Origin: Gordius albopunctatus
Taxonomy: Eukaryota
Length of the DNA stretch: 64,000 nucleotides
Direction of reading: 5' to 3'
Assembly: GCA_964276515.1 (NCBI GenBank)
Contig: OZ193910.1
Coordinates: 186,001-250,000, forward strand
Notes under the pieces: model-generated
Told to the model about the DNA's origin: nothing
The model's database searches: none
Seen by the model: the letters and a program-made list of their open reading frames with translations, nothing else
Made by a program: the position numbers and the translations under genes
Shown: positions 11,935-26,000 of the stretch, one piece after another
How the letters are laid out: each line of letters begins with the position of its first letter
How positions within the stretch are numbered: position 1 is the first letter of the stretch

Positions 11935-12906
11935 AAAAAAATTAAATAAGAGCGTTAAATAGCTAATATATCTTCATCTTCCTCTTTCAACGAAGGACAA
12001 GAATCCAAAAAGGATTTAAAGTTGAATTTTGCGATTAAAATCGCAATTGATTGTTTTAGTAGAAATGCGGGAGAATATTTAGGAGGAGGATCTCATCTGC
12101 CTATTTCTTTAAAAAGGGCCAATGCCATTTTCCCATAAGAGCCGGAACAGGATGACACTATGGGGATAAAAATACTTGAGTTTAAAAGGGCCTCCTTGTA
12201 TTTTGTTAATTTGCGCCCCTCGGCGAGGGCCATTGGATCATAATTGAGATTTAAAGGGGCAAAAAAATCGATGCATGTAAAGTGTCCCATTTTAAGAATA
12301 GACTGTTTCCCCAAGGCACAAGTGAGGAGCCGTCGGGGCGCATTCGACCCTCAAGAGAGGGAAGGGTCTGACGGCTCAAGAATGGACGGGATTTTAGCCT
12401 TTTTAGGGGCTGACTGAATGATGGAGTTGATTTTAGAGTGTCGTATGTGTCTGAATTTGTTTAACTTGCAATGTAATGGATGACGGGCTTGTTCGTCAAC
12501 TGGCAGGTCGCAATTCCTACATGCATATGGGGTTTTGTGTATTTGATGCCAAGGCGTAGAGGAGCTATGCTGTAGGATAGCTCGGAGTCCTCCAACATCA
12601 TGTTTGAGTATTTACTGGGGTAAGCCTCAAGCCATTCGTGGCCAGATTTATCAAACACCAATGACCGAAGGTTGTAATGTTGTTTGGGATCGCTGCTCGA
12701 AAGTAGGTGAGCAACGGAGCGCGAAACCAAACAAGCATCCCAATCTTTTTGAATGGGTGTTTGTGGAAAGGAGGTTTCTGAAATAACATGCAAAGGTTAA
12801 ACAATGCTAAATAATTCGGGAGATAATATGGTTTTGTCGATTCTGAGAGCAAATGCAGGACAACAACCACAAAGTGAAACCATTTTAACATAATAAAAAT
12901 AATAAT
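11935..12906 (-). mobile_element. CRE-like non-LTR retrotransposon 3' fragment (restriction-like endonuclease end), degenerate
   Basis: Frameshifted translation QKDWDA..SGHEWLEAYP..HPLHC..RH..IN..EPSDPSLEGRMRPDG..W(D)FTC..FIPIVSS.SGSYG, the zinc-knuckle/RPD..D endonuclease end of early-branching non-LTR elements. Confidence 0.8.
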
Positions 12907-13770
12907 ACCTAGACATCAAACTTTTTTATGATAAAAAACTTTTTAAACATCTCCAAAATTCAGCACTGTTTTAGATCAGCTGCAGCTGTTTTACATACAG
13001 ATATTTTAAGAGTTATGAATCTAAAATTGAAGACCTCCTTGAAAAAATTTTGAATCTACCTTTTGATCCAACCAAATCTGGGGGCTTAGGAATTAGGTCC
13101 CCACTCACTATTTCTCTTGTGGCTTTTCTCTCGTCCTTTAAATCTGTGAAGGATCTGGTTTTTGAATTAACCTCTCAATCAAATGATTTTTTAACGGAAT
13201 TGGCCATATTGTCTTGGCATGAGAACGTCATACCAGGAACCAGCCTTCCGGAGTCGGTCAAACAACGAGATTGGGATGCCAGTATAGTATCGCGCTCCGT
13301 CGCTTACCTACTTTCGAGTTGTGATACTGTGGAGCATTTTAATCTCAGGTCACTTACGGCCGACTCTGGTCACGAATGGCTTGAATGCATCCCAACTAAA
13401 CACTCAGGACTTTTGCTTTCAAATCCAGAAGTTTCGTATCCAATAGCTCTCCGCCTAGGTATTAAAGTTACCATAGGATATCCCTGCAAAAATTGCAATA
13501 AGGAAATAGATATCTGGGCTCATCACCCACTTCATTGCAAGTTAAACAAATATCGCTTTATCCGACATCAAAAGATAAACCTTTTAATCCAATCGGCTTT
13601 AAAAAAGGCCGGCACTCCTTCCATCCTAGAACCATCCGATCCGATCCTTCTTTAGAAGGTAGAATACGTCCCGACGGAGCTTCTATGATCCCTAGGAGGA
13701 TGGTAAGTTCCTAGCATGGGACTTTACCTGCATCGATATTTTTGCGGCAACTAATAATACACGAAACGCG
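12907..13770 (+). mobile_element. CRE-like non-LTR retrotransposon fragment
   Basis: ORF 13050-13655: PTKSGGLGIR, QRDWDA, CKNC..HPLHC, RHQKIN, LEPSDP, followed out of frame by RPDG and WDFTC. A near-identical inverted copy lies at about 46915-47364. Confidence 0.85.
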
Positions 13771-14548
13771 TCTAAATCAAAAACTTAAAATCAAAAAAAT
13801 TAATATATGTGGGGTAGTAAAATTCTAAATATTTATTTGTAGGGGGATTATTTTGTATTGTAATTATATTTTGGATTAATATTTATTTTAACTTTTTTTT
13901 CGGGCTCGGGCCACGGGTCGGGCTGGCCCATCAGGCCCGATCCAAGCCCGAGGCCCGATCAATTTTTTAAAATTTGCCCGAGACCGGCCCGTCGGACGGC
14001 CCGTGCAGGGCTCTAAGTACATATAACCCTTATCAATTTGGCAGATTATTGCTCTTTATATTTTAAACCCAATTCTAATTTTAATTTATAACCAATTCGT
14101 TTACATTCACGATAATTATGCATGCTAATAATATCAAAATTATGTAATCCAATCAGTATTAGCTTTTAAACAATATCTGTGCTTCTTTATTACTTATAAT
14201 TTATTTCTCTGTAAGAATTTTAATTTCGAATTTGATAGAAGTCTAAAGCCTGGATAGACGCCGTCAGTACAAATATATCGAGATATACACTGACCCCTTC
14301 CCCGCGCATTTCTAAAAATAATCACACTTTTCTTACTAATATTCCTTCCCAATGGGTGTTCCTGGCTTTATATTTCTCCTTCCTCCCACTTATCCACCCC
14401 CCCCCCACTATTCCCACGCCAAAAATAACTGCGAGCTCAAGACGAAAATGCTACTAATGTTTTATAATTTTATTTATTTTAAATTTAAACTAATTTTATT
14501 TAGAGCCACTTACTAGGGACGTTCATGCTAGGTTCAAGACAAGAAATA

Positions 14549-14998
14549 GCTACTCTATATTAAACAAATTTATTATTCTCCTCGCTCCCGGAAAAAATCT
14601 GGCGTCAATACCCAACTATGAAATTAAAAATAAGTCGGAACAAGTCTGGCGCCCTCTTATAAATAATATATTTCCCCACCCCTCTACAAATAAGATCTTA
14701 TTTATTTATAACCATTAATAAATTGCCCGAACAAATACATGTAATATATGAAATACAATGCCGGTGCCCCTCACCTCCCGCTCCCCTCTGCATCTATTCC
14801 CTATTAAGAAGCTACTCTATTTTTTAACAAATATATTTTCTACGGCTCAAATGCTTCCGGAATAGATCTCGCTTAAATTCTAATACACACTAAAAATAAG
14901 AGTGAGGCAGACTGACGCCCCGCCCCATTAAAAGGAAATGTAAAGCTCCACCCCTCTACAAAAAAGGTCTTATTTATAACCAGTAATTTATTGAACAA
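14549..14998 (+). repeat. Diverged direct repeat, about 260-bp period (probable LINE 5' UTR)
   Basis: gctactctat..aacaaat..g(g/a)cgccc..cacccctctacaaa..tctta recurs at about 14549-14720 and 14810-14985. Confidence 0.5.
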
Positions 14999-17035
14999 AG
15001 AATACCATCAGAAAGCCTTCTCACTCTTGGGTACAAGGAAGTTGCAAAGGGACGTAGACGACGATTGGGAGACGCTATCTAAGGACATTAAGGAAACAGC
15101 GATTTGTGTTCTAGGACAGACCAAAGGAGCAAAGCTATGAATAGGGAACTATGGTGGTGGGATCAATCGGTTAAAGATTTCATCGAAAGAAAGAAAAATC
15201 TATATAGACGGTGGCATAAATCAAAAAAGTCGGAGGATTATCAAGAGTACAGGTACGGGAAGAGGGCCGCAAGAAAGGCCGTTGCAAAAGCGAAGAATGC
15301 CGCGTACACCGAGATGGCAAACAAACTGGATCATAAAGGGGCGATAGACTTATGTACAAATTGGCCAAGATAAGGGAGAAGAAAAGTCGCGATGTCGGAG
15401 TTCTTAAAATAGTCAAAAGCGAGAAGGGTCAAACCTTATTCAAGCCGAAAGAAGTGATGGAAAGGTGGAAATGATATTTTAAGAAACTTATGAATATTGC
15501 AAACGACAAGGGTTCCGTTCCCGAAATGGAGCCAAATATAAATATGGTCGAAATCTTTCAGGGGGATGAAGTTAGAACACAAATGAACAAGATGCAAAAA
15601 GGAAAAGCAAATGGTCCAGATGGAATACCTATGGAAGCATTGCTCGGATGTCGTGAAGAAGGAGTCACCACCATTACGAACCTCCTTAACAAGATATTGG
15701 TAGAAGAGCGAATCCCTAATCAATGGAGAGCAAGCACGATTATACCATTATTTAAAGGCAAAGGAGACCCTCAGGACTGCGGCAATTACAGAGGTATCAA
15801 GCTAACTTGCCACTCCTTGAAGCTTTTGGAAAGGATCTTAGTAACAAGGCTGAAAAGCGAGGTGGAAATATCGGCTAATCAATTCGGATTCGTGGCCGGC
15901 AAATCCACAATCGACCCAATCTTCGCCCTGAGACACATGATGGATAAGTATGGTGAAAAGAGGAAAGCCCTACATATGGTTTTTATCGACTTGGAGAAAG
16001 CTTATGACACGGTCCCCCGCGACTTAATATGGTGGTGCCTGAGGAAACAAAATATCCCTGACGCATATATACGGCTTATGAAAAATATTTATGAAGCTTC
16101 AAACTCTTGCGTTAGGACGACAGTTGGAGACTCTAAACCTTTTCGGGTTAATATTGGATTACATCAAGGCTCTGCTTTAAGTCCCTTTTTATTTAATATA
16201 ATTATAGACACGATAACGAGGGACGTTCAAAAGCCTTTGCCATGGTGTATGCTATATGCCGATGATATAGTACTATGCGAGGAAACAAGAGAGAAAGTAT
16301 TCGAAGAAGCCGAAAAATGGTCAAAGCGCTTAGCTGTATATGGTTTAAAGGTCAACGATAGAAAAACGGTGTACATGGAAATGAACGGTACAGGCAGCCT
16401 ATCGCTGTATGACCATCTAAAGTACCCAAAAGTAGACAGGTTCACATACCTCGGCTCGATGCTACATCAAGAGGGAGGTTGCACAACAGAAGTCAATGCC
16501 CGGATCCAAAAAGGATGGCTTAAATGGCGAAGTATATCCGGTGTTTTGTGTGACAAGAAAATGCCAATATGGTTGAAGATCAAAGCTTACAAATCCATCG
16601 TAAGACCGGTGTTACTCTATGGAAGTGAAACATGGGCATTAAACACCACGGAATTAAAGCTATTACAAGCCACAGAGATGAGAATGATACGGTGGAGCTT
16701 GAGCTATACTAAGCTCGACCATATGACGAATGACTTTTTCATGACAAAAATGGGTATTCAATCTATGGCGGACATGATTAACGAAAATCGGCTTAGGTGG
16801 TATGGTCATATACTAAGGAGGGATACGGATGACGTAAATAGAAAAGTACTGGACATGGAGGTACCGGGGAAGAGAGGAAGAGGACGACCCCGTGTCACGT
16901 GGAAAGGGCAAGTCGATAAAGTTATGGAAACTAAAGAGATTACTCAAGACATGGCACTCACCCGGTCAAGATGGAAGAAACTTATCAAAACAAACCCCAC
17001 CAATGTGGGACCAAATAACTGATAAAAAAGAAGAG
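14999..17035 (+). mobile_element. 5'-truncated RTE-clade LINE (RT ORF 15490-17022)
   Basis: RT motifs KANGPDGIP, NYRGIKL, FIDLEKAYD, GLHQGSALSP, YADD, FTYLGS, RLRWYGH, RGRGRP, with a purine-rich tail. TSD-like flanks aatttattgaacaa (14985-14998) and aatttattaacaa (17036-17048). Confidence 0.93.
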
Positions 17036-17173
17036 AATTTATTAACAATATACAAAACACAACTACGTTTGCTTCTAAGAATTTTCATATCTGCCAATTT
17101 ATGAAGTTTTAAAATTCGTTTACTAAATCCGTTTATTCCACCCCAACTTTTAAACCCTTATACTCAAATTAAA

Positions 17174-18935
17174 ATGATTTTAAAACTGGCTTCACTCAAT
17201 ACTCAAACCTTAAGAGAACCAGGAACCTTGCAGACCCTTACTTTATTTGCCTCCCACCACAGAATTCACATTTTCTGCTTTCAGCAAACTAGATACTCAC
17301 ATCGTAAAGTTCTCCTCGCTAACGACTATAATTTCTATTGCACGGATTGCGGCCTAGAGCCTGCAACAGGCGTAGGCATTCTTATAAAAAAGGGTCTAAA
17401 AGTGATTAGCATCGACTATGTGAACAACAGACTATTAATCATTCACTTACAAATAAAAAATCGTTGTTTATCACTTTTTAACATATACGCTCCCCCCTCT
17501 TCCAAAAATTCTCAATCGATGGAATCCCTCCTCCAAAACATCACAGATAAACTTAAAACTGAACATCTTAATATCCTCGTCGGTGACTTCAATGCTTCCG
17601 TCCAGCGTTCATTGGGTGATAATAATTTAATAATTGGCCCGAATTCGATTGGCCCGACTAACCGAAATGGTAAACTGCTTAAAAAATTCTGCTACAAACA
17701 CAAACTAAAGATAACCCCAAACTTTTCCGACCTTCCTCTTGATAACCTAATCACATACCAAAAAAATGAAAATCACCGAGGTACCCAAATTGATCATATA
17801 ATATTCCAACTAAGAAACCACAAAATGAGAAAGAACTTCCACACCTTTCAGCCTCTCCCTCCTCTGTCCACTCGTCTAAAAAACTGAAAAAATACCCATC
17901 TCGAGCAAACATAATCAGAGACATCTCTCAACTTGAGTCTAGATTACAAACAGACTCGAAGGCACCTGGCGATCTTGCCCCCTCTCAGTCAATGACCACA
18001 ATGACACTTTAGCAAAGTTTTTCACCCCATCCCAGAGTAAACATCTCCACATAAACATTAAGTCCTGGTTCTCCATCGATACCATTAATTTACTCGAGTC
18101 CCGGTATAACATTTTTAAGGATAAGACACTCAGAAATAAAAAAGCATGGGTCCAACATCTCACAAAAAAGATCAAAGCGCAGTAAAAAAGGAAAAGGCTA
18201 ATTACTAATCAAGCAAACTAAAAGAAGCAGAATCTGCTGCTCGCACAAACAGTACATACACCCTTTACAAAATTCTCAGGAACATCACCGCAAAATTTGC
18301 AGATAAATATAATTACAACACAATACAAAGCGAAAATAACTCCAACGATTCTTTAATCCAAACGGAGGCTTGGGAGAACCACTTTCGTTCCATTCTAGAT
18401 CGCCTTTATTCAATCCCCTGTTCCGACATATTCCTTGAATTCATTAATAACTTCAAAACACCCACCACCCCTTCTATCAGAGTAGAACCACCCTCCTCGA
18501 ATGAAATAAAATAGGTGTTAAAATCCCTCAAACTTTATAAAGCACCTGATGCAGACAAAATCACAGCGGAAGCCCTTAAAGCTGATTGCACCCTGTCTAG
18601 CGAACTCTTGCATCAACTCTTCACAAAAATCTGGCAACAAGAGATATCATCCCCCACGCTTGGTCTACTGGTCTAGTTAGTAAAATCTATAAAAAAGGAG
18701 ACCCATCCCTTCCCGATAATTATAGCGGGATCACAATTATAAATAACATTTCCAAGGTTTTTATAAAAATAATATACAGGTGAATATATCCATTCATTGA
18801 CGTTAATTTAAAAAGTAACCAAGCCGGCTTTCATAAGTGAAAAATCACAATTGAACACATCCTTACCCTCAAAAATATTATTGACATCTCCTCTAAATCT
18901 AAATCACCTTTAGTCCTAACATTTGTCGACATCTC
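17174..18935 (+). mobile_element. Degenerate LINE (APE endonuclease plus N-terminal RT), truncated
   Basis: ORF 17174-17887 has APE motifs (SLNTQTL, NIYAP, GDFNA, TQIDHI). Downstream broken RT: KAPDADKITAE, NYSGIT, NQAGF, LTFVD, then an abrupt end. Confidence 0.85.
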
Positions 18936-19706
18936 ATCCCGCTAAATTACCTAAATAATTACAATTTCGAAGAATTTTATACAAAGCTTAAGTCATTCGG
19001 GATAAAATAGTTTTAAACCGCCATAGATTAAATATAAAAAAAGCAGAGCAATTAATATTTAAAGTGTCGAAAATATTAAATATGAATTAACTGATCAATT
19101 CTTTCCTGCATAGGAGATAATTATCAATTTTATTATAGAGTTTACATGTGTCCTAAATATTGTTTTAGAGATTTAACAGTTATTTTTGATTTTAATACAT
19201 ATTTTATAATCATGATAATATAATTATTCATTGATAAAAGAATTAGATGTTTTAGGAAGTCGAATGAGAATTTTCTACAAATTCGGCTTAAAATCTATTT
19301 TTATCTAAACGAATATTTACTGAATTCAGATTAAAGGAGTTCCCTTGTGACACAATCAAGTCTTATTATTCCTTTGAATGCCACAAAAAAATCAATTGGT
19401 CCATATTGATATGTTAACCAAACGTTTAAATTTTTTTGGGGAACCATTTGGAGATAGTTTCTTAACAAAGGGTTATTTTAATTAAGGTAATTATAATAAT
19501 TATGATTTTGAATTGAAGCCTCATGCTGGCAGCGGTTATGAATTGGCTTAGCATTTCAAATGATGATACAAAAGGGCATTAAATTATATAGTACATTTAT
19601 CGATATTGATAGATATAAGAACCTTCCAATTTAAGAGTCGGCACACACTCACTAATTTTTGATCCCAACCTGATATCTTTAATAGTCCTCAACATATAGA
19701 ATTACA

Positions 19707-20924
19707 ATGCCATACAAAGTTTATCCGGATTTTAATGTATCTCGCGATACTTTGCTCCACCAAGTCAATGTGCATTATTGGTTTTTGAATGGCACAATGG
19801 TGCCCGATATGACTCCAAAACCTTACGGATGCTATCGTATTTGGGTTCCCATAATAGTGACTTTGGGGCTAACGGGTAATTTCCTATACTTCATCTTGAT
19901 ACGTAAATTAAAACAACAAGGTAGCGCCTTCCTTTATATTCAAATATTGGCAATACCCGATTTTTGCATTTGCCTAACACTCATCTTATGGCCAATACTC
20001 ACGTATAATTCTAATTTTTATCAGCATCATATTCAAATCACGTGGTGGCTTAACTGCTATTTGTATTATATTTCTTGGCCGTTGCGCGATGGTCTAGTCC
20101 ATTTCAGTAATTGGCTACACGTTTTGATGTCAGCCGATCGTTTCGTCGCTTTAAAATTCCCCATTTGTTATTTCAAACAAATGTCAAGAAGATTCATCAA
20201 GACCTTGGTCTCAGTTACTTTGATTCTATGCCTAATTTCAGGAGCACCTTTTGGTTTTGTCTTTCAAATTACCTCTTTCCGTGTAATAACCACCGATGGA
20301 GTCTATAATTTATATGTTCCACGATACAGAGATGCGTTTAGCCACCCCTTCGGAATATATGAAAGATTCATTGGTATCGTAATGTACATGATTCCCGTTT
20401 GCTTGACGTTAATTCTCAACATGATGTCCATACACCTATTTAGCCAACTTGTGAAAAAGCGAATTATAAAGTTTAACATAGACACCACGAGCACTCGCGT
20501 TTACCCTGCCAGTTTGAATGTTCAAGATATAAATTCTGATATACCCAACAAAGATAATTCTGGAATTACGGGTGGTACAAATAACAACACAGGTTTACAT
20601 TCAAATCCAAAGAGCGCTAATAATAATTGGCAAAATAGGCAAAAAAGAATAACGATCCTAATGATAGCTTTGAGCTTGTCGTTCGCGATCTCGGTCATAC
20701 CATACCTAATATATATTTTTAATTCATACGCTAGAGGTTGGAATTTGGAAGGCGACCAAAAGAGCAAATTTGTGGAGTGCGCTTTCACGTCACGCTTTTC
20801 CAATCATTCCTTAAACGTTTATATAACATTGATATGCGATCCTTTTATTTTTAAGCCCTTAGTAAAAAAATCAAAAATGATTCTCCATAATTGTATTACC
20901 AAAATTAAGCAATATCTTCTTTAA
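19707..20924 (+). CDS. Intronless rhodopsin-class (class A) GPCR, peptide-receptor-like; copy 1
   Basis: 405-aa intact ORF with 7 hydrophobic segments: GLTGN (TM1), LA..D (TM2), MSADRFVAL..P (TM3 DRY-like), IP (TM5), P (TM6), NHSLN..I (TM7). Confidence 0.9.
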   Translation: MPYKVYPDFNVSRDTLLHQVNVHYWFLNGTMVPDMTPKPYGCYRIWVPIIVTLGLTGNFLYFILIRKLKQQGSAFLYIQILAIPDFCICLTLILWPILTYNSNFYQHHIQITWWLNCYLYYISWPLRDGLVHFSNWLHVLMSADRFVALKFPICYFKQMSRRFIKTLVSVTLILCLISGAPFGFVFQITSFRVITTDGVYNLYVPRYRDAFSHPFGIYERFIGIVMYMIPVCLTLILNMMSIHLFSQLVKKRIIKFNIDTTSTRVYPASLNVQDINSDIPNKDNSGITGGTNNNTGLHSNPKSANNNWQNRQKRITILMIALSLSFAISVIPYLIYIFNSYARGWNLEGDQKSKFVECAFTSRFSNHSLNVYITLICDPFIFKPLVKKSKMILHNCITKIKQYLL

Positions 20925-21077
20925 ATCTTAGCCACAATTTTTACATTCAGGATTTGTGAAATTTGTCTTCATGTATTTTATTATATAAAACATAGCCAAC
21001 TCTTCTTTATATATTTTGTCGTTTTCAAAGATTTCCGAAATTAATAAAACACAAATTGGTTCATTAATAGAAGCTAG

Positions 21078-21893
21078 TAGAAATGCGGGAGAATATTTAG
21101 GAGGAGGATCTCATCTGGCTATTTCTTTAAAAAAGGCTAATGCCATTTTCCCATAAGAGCCGGAACAGGATGACACTATGGGGATAAAAATAGTTGAGCT
21201 TAAAAAGGCCTCCTTGTATTTTGATAATTTGCGCCCCTCGGCGAGGGCCATTGGATCATAATTGAGATTTGAAGGGGCAAACAAATCGATGCATCATGTG
21301 AAGTGTCCCATTTTAAGAATAGACCGTTTCCCCAAGGCACAAGTGAGGAGCCGTCGGGGCGCATTCGACCCTCAAGAGTGGGAAGGGTCTGACGGCTCAA
21401 TAATGGACGAGATTTTAGCCTTTTTATTGATTTTAGAGTGTCGTATGTGTCTGAATTTGTTCAACTTGCAATGTAATGGATGACGGGCTTGTTCGTCAAC
21501 AATTCCTACATGCATATGGGGTTTGGTGTATTTGATGCCAAGGCGTAGAGGAGCTATGCTGTAGGATAGCTCGGAGTCCTCCAACATCATGTTGAGTATT
21601 TACTGGGGTAAGCCTCAAGCCATTCGTGGCCGGATTTATCAAACACCAATGACCAAAGGTTGTAATGTTGTTTGGGATCGCTGCTCGAAAGTAGGTGAGG
21701 AACGGAGCGCGAAACCAAACAAGCATCCCAATCTTTTTGAATGGGTGTTTGTGGAAAGGAGGTTTCTGGAATAACATGCAAAGGTTAAACAATGCTAAAT
21801 AATTCGGGAGATAATATGGTTTTGTCGATTCTGAGAGCAAATGCAGGACAATAACCACAAAGTGAAACCATTTTAACATAATAAAAATAATAA
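21078..21893 (-). repeat. Near-identical duplicate of 12058-12906 (CRE-like 3' fragment)
   Basis: The sequence from tagaaatgcgggagaatatttagg to aaccattttaacataataaaaataataat matches 12058-12906 in the same orientation, with small indels. Confidence 0.9.
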
Positions 21894-23065
21894 TTCGTTG
21901 TGGTAGTATTTTCAAATTTCCTTTTTAGGAAGGATGACAAATCGCTACCTAAGAATTGGAGTGCTCTATCTGATTTTTTTTAAATTTTAAAGTAAAAGTG
22001 CTATTGGGGAGATTTTATAAGTTTCATCACGAACTTTATAAAGGTGTGAAAAATTTTACTTTAAACTTCGATTTTAAGGTTTTTATTTTGCTTTTTTTGC
22101 TAATTTCAATTTTTTAGAATTTTTTCGCTCTATCAGCAATTACCCAATTCCAAACGCTTATTTAATACACCCGTGAATAAATCATCTACTTTTAAATTAC
22201 TTTATAATAGGGGTGTGGCGAAACAATGATCAGATAAGAAGACCCATTTGGGATGAAGATAAGCAAAATTAATGTAAACAATATTTTAAATTTATAAATC
22301 AAAAAATTGTTAATGAACAAATCCAACAGGCTGAATTTAAAAACAATGATTTATACTAAAAATTCAAGGCTTTGTAAATTATCGCTCATAAAAAAGATGA
22401 CATTTTTTTCCTTATGGCCAAAAAAGAAAACTTTTTCGAAAGATAGATAAACATAATATGTAAGATTATTATTCAAAATTAATTGGCAACAGGTTATCTG
22501 CGCATTCTCACTTGCAGCTATATAAGGAAGTCGCTCCCTGAGGGGTCGCCTTTTGGAATTTTTCCTGATTTCCGCTTCTTCCTTTTACTTAGTCTCTCTA
22601 CTTATCTCCCCAAATTACCTAAATTTTTAAGATTCTAAGAATTTTATACAAAGTTTAAGTCAGTCGGGATAAAATAGTTTTAAACCGCCTCACATTAAAG
22701 ATAAAAAATGCAGAGCAATTAATATTTAAAGTGTCGAAAATATTAAGTATAAATTAACTGATAAATTCTTTCCTGCATAGGAAATAATTATCAATTTTAT
22801 TATAAAGTTTACATATGTCCTAAATATTTTCTTAGAGATTTAACAGTTTTTTTTCTATTTTTTTCGATTAAATGAAACTATAAACAACTATAAAAATCAT
22901 ATGCGAGGTAAACATTCGAAAATTGCGATAGCGTTGAAATGACAAATAATGATTCCGATTTTCTGTTTGATGAAAAAAGTTTCCCTATTGTCAAGCGTAT
23001 TGTTATTTTTGATTTTAATGCATATTTTATAATCATGATAATATAATTATTCATTGATAAAAGAA

Positions 23066-26000
23066 AAGGGGGGCTTCGCCCCCAAACCCCCTTCTGCCCC
23101 CAGTCCCCCGTTCCGCTTTTCTCATACACATCGATTACTCTTTTATATTCTTATAAACAAAGCTTATTTGCTATGCAATTTATGTAGGAATCGTCATGAT
23201 TTCATAACAAATAAAGTTATTAAAATATAATAACTGAATTGTATAACTTAAAACCCTAATTAATAATAGTATATAGTAGGTAAAATAAAAGTTAACAACT
23301 ACTACCTTTTGGTTACTGTAGAATGATAATATCAATGGTGAATTGCATAATAAAATTCAGATTTGTGCCTAACAAAAAATTAAAATTAGCAATTAAAATA
23401 TGGATGTATGTATGCACGTATTGTGTCTAGTCACGTGCTTGGAAAGGCTTTTTTTAATACAATAAAATAGTTAGGCTAAAAATGGAGAGTAATGAAAAAA
23501 AATTGAATTAAATGGGCTTGCGAGCTATTGCCTGTTACGACCGCGTATCTTAAAATGTCACAATGAGCAGCGACATGCAATAGCTCCGCCATTGCCTGTT
23601 ACGACCGCGTATTACAAAATGTCACAGGTATCATAAGGATATCCCAAAAAAGTTACATGTGCTAAAAAAATGTTGAAGATTTTGTTTATTTAAATGTTTT
23701 AGATTGAATTATGTGAATGAATTAAAAACGTATAACATGTGAGATTGCGAATGTGAAAACTTGCTTAATGTGTATTGTTATGGAATGCGAATGAATGTGA
23801 TTGATTATAAAATGTGTGGTGATGATGCGATTGTTGAATGTGTTAACAGGGAGGAAGTTTAGGGATTGCTGATATATGAATAAAAATGGAGTGCCAATGA
23901 ATGAATGATTTTTTGCTTCTTGTCATATGCTCTTTTCATGTTAACATTTTGTTAACATTCTGCCCCCCCCCCCGCGAAAGTTGTGGAGTCCTTTAAATCG
24001 GGCAAGTCATTAATGTTGTCATCAATTGGTAAGACGTGAAGTCTGGCAACTGGTCTTTTGATAAGACCTCGAATAGTTTTGATAGTAGCTACCCTTACAA
24101 TTCCATCTGCACCAGGGTGAATAATTTGGATACGTCCTAGAGGCCACTTTACTGGAGGCATGTTATCATCTTTGATTATGACAAGTTGGCCGACCCTAAC
24201 TCCAACCGATGACTTATTCCATTTTCTGCGCATTTGTAGCTGGTTTAAGTATTCTCTTGATCATCGTCGCCAAAATTGTTGCCTAAGCAACTCAATGTGT
24301 TGCCATCTTGATAACGTATTAACCTTTGCATTGGTCCAATCCTTTTCAGGAATTGAAGCAAATAATGTTCCGATTAAAAAATGGGCGGGAGTGAGACATG
24401 CTAAGTCATTTGGGTCGTCAGACAATGGGGTAAGAGGTCTCGAGTTTATAATACCCTCAATTTGGATCAATAGGGTTGTAGCTTCTTCGTATGTTAAATG
24501 GGCGGTCCCAATAATCCTTCTTAAATGGTGTTTTGTTGATTTAACTGCTGCCTCCCACAACCCGCCTAAATGAGGAGCTGTAGGCGGAATAAAGGTCCAG
24601 GTTATACGTTCTTCAGCGCATTTAGATTCTATTATTTTTTGGTTTTTGCCTGTAAGCAAAGTTTGTAGATGAAACAATTCCTTGTTGGCCCCTGTAAATG
24701 TAGTCGCATTATCCGAATATAAGTAGGCTGGTTTGCCTCTTCTGGCAACAAAACGCTTAAGTGCGTTTAAAAAGGCATTTGTTGTAAGATCTGATACTAA
24801 TTCAATATGAACTGCTTTGGTGTTAAAACATATGAATATAGCAGCATACGATTTGCTGACCTTACTATTCCGTCGTCTTCCTTCCCGCAATAAAAGAGGC
24901 CCAAAATAGTCTAACCCTGTGTGGTAAAATGGCTTGGTTGGTAAAACTCGGCATTTTGGGAGATTACCCATTAAGTATTTTTCACCTCTTGGATTGGTTT
25001 TAAAACATGTAACACATTTTCGTATTACGTTCTTAACAATCGATCGAGCATTGACAGGCCAGTACACAGTACGTATATTAGCTAAAATGTTTTGTATCCC
25101 AGTATGAAAAAAATCTTCAAGATACATTTTGATTATTAGATAGGTGACATGGTGGTTTCTAGGATGAAGAAGAGGGTGTTTTTGCGAAAAGGGAATGTTT
25201 GCATTTTCAAGTCTACCGCCTACTCTAATTAACCCTTCGTGGTAGAAGGGGTTTAAACACAATAATTTGCTATTATCAACAACCTTATTTGATTTGCGTA
25301 ATGAAATTATATCTGATGGAAATTCATTCTCTTGCACAATTTTTAATATTGTTAGCCTTGCATTATCAAGCTCGTTGGTAGACAATGATTTGTTGTACGA
25401 TTGGCCGCTGTTGCGGGCCTTATGTTTTGCATTAGTGTAAAATCTTAAACAATATGAAACAATCCGTGTGAGTTTGCGAAAGCTTGAATATTGATTAAAG
25501 ATTGAGTCGGGCTCTACTGTAGTTGTTAAGCTGACAATTTTGCGCTCGGGAATGTTCGATGTTTCACTTAGGGAATTTGGTTTAACCGTATAATTAGTAG
25601 AAAGCCATGCAGGTCCTACCCACCATCTATTGTTATTAATTAGTTCAGCTGGTGAGCAACCTCTTGATAATACATCAGCTGGATTCTCGCAGGTTCTGAT
25701 GTGACTCCATTGGTAATTTTTAAATTCCCGTATTTTTGACACTCTGTTACCCACGAACGTGTTCCAATCACATGGAGAGCCTTTCAATCATGCTAGAACT
25801 ATTGTAGAATCAGTCCAACAGATTGTCGCAGACACCGATAGCTGTAGAGATAAGAGCACTCTATTTAGTAATTTTGTTAATAACAAAGCACCACATAGTT
25901 CGAGTTTTGGAATTGAAATGCTTCTTAATGGCGCTACTCGAGACTTGGAACATAACAATCTGCTTGCCCATTTTCCATCCTCACCCGATCGAATGTAGAT

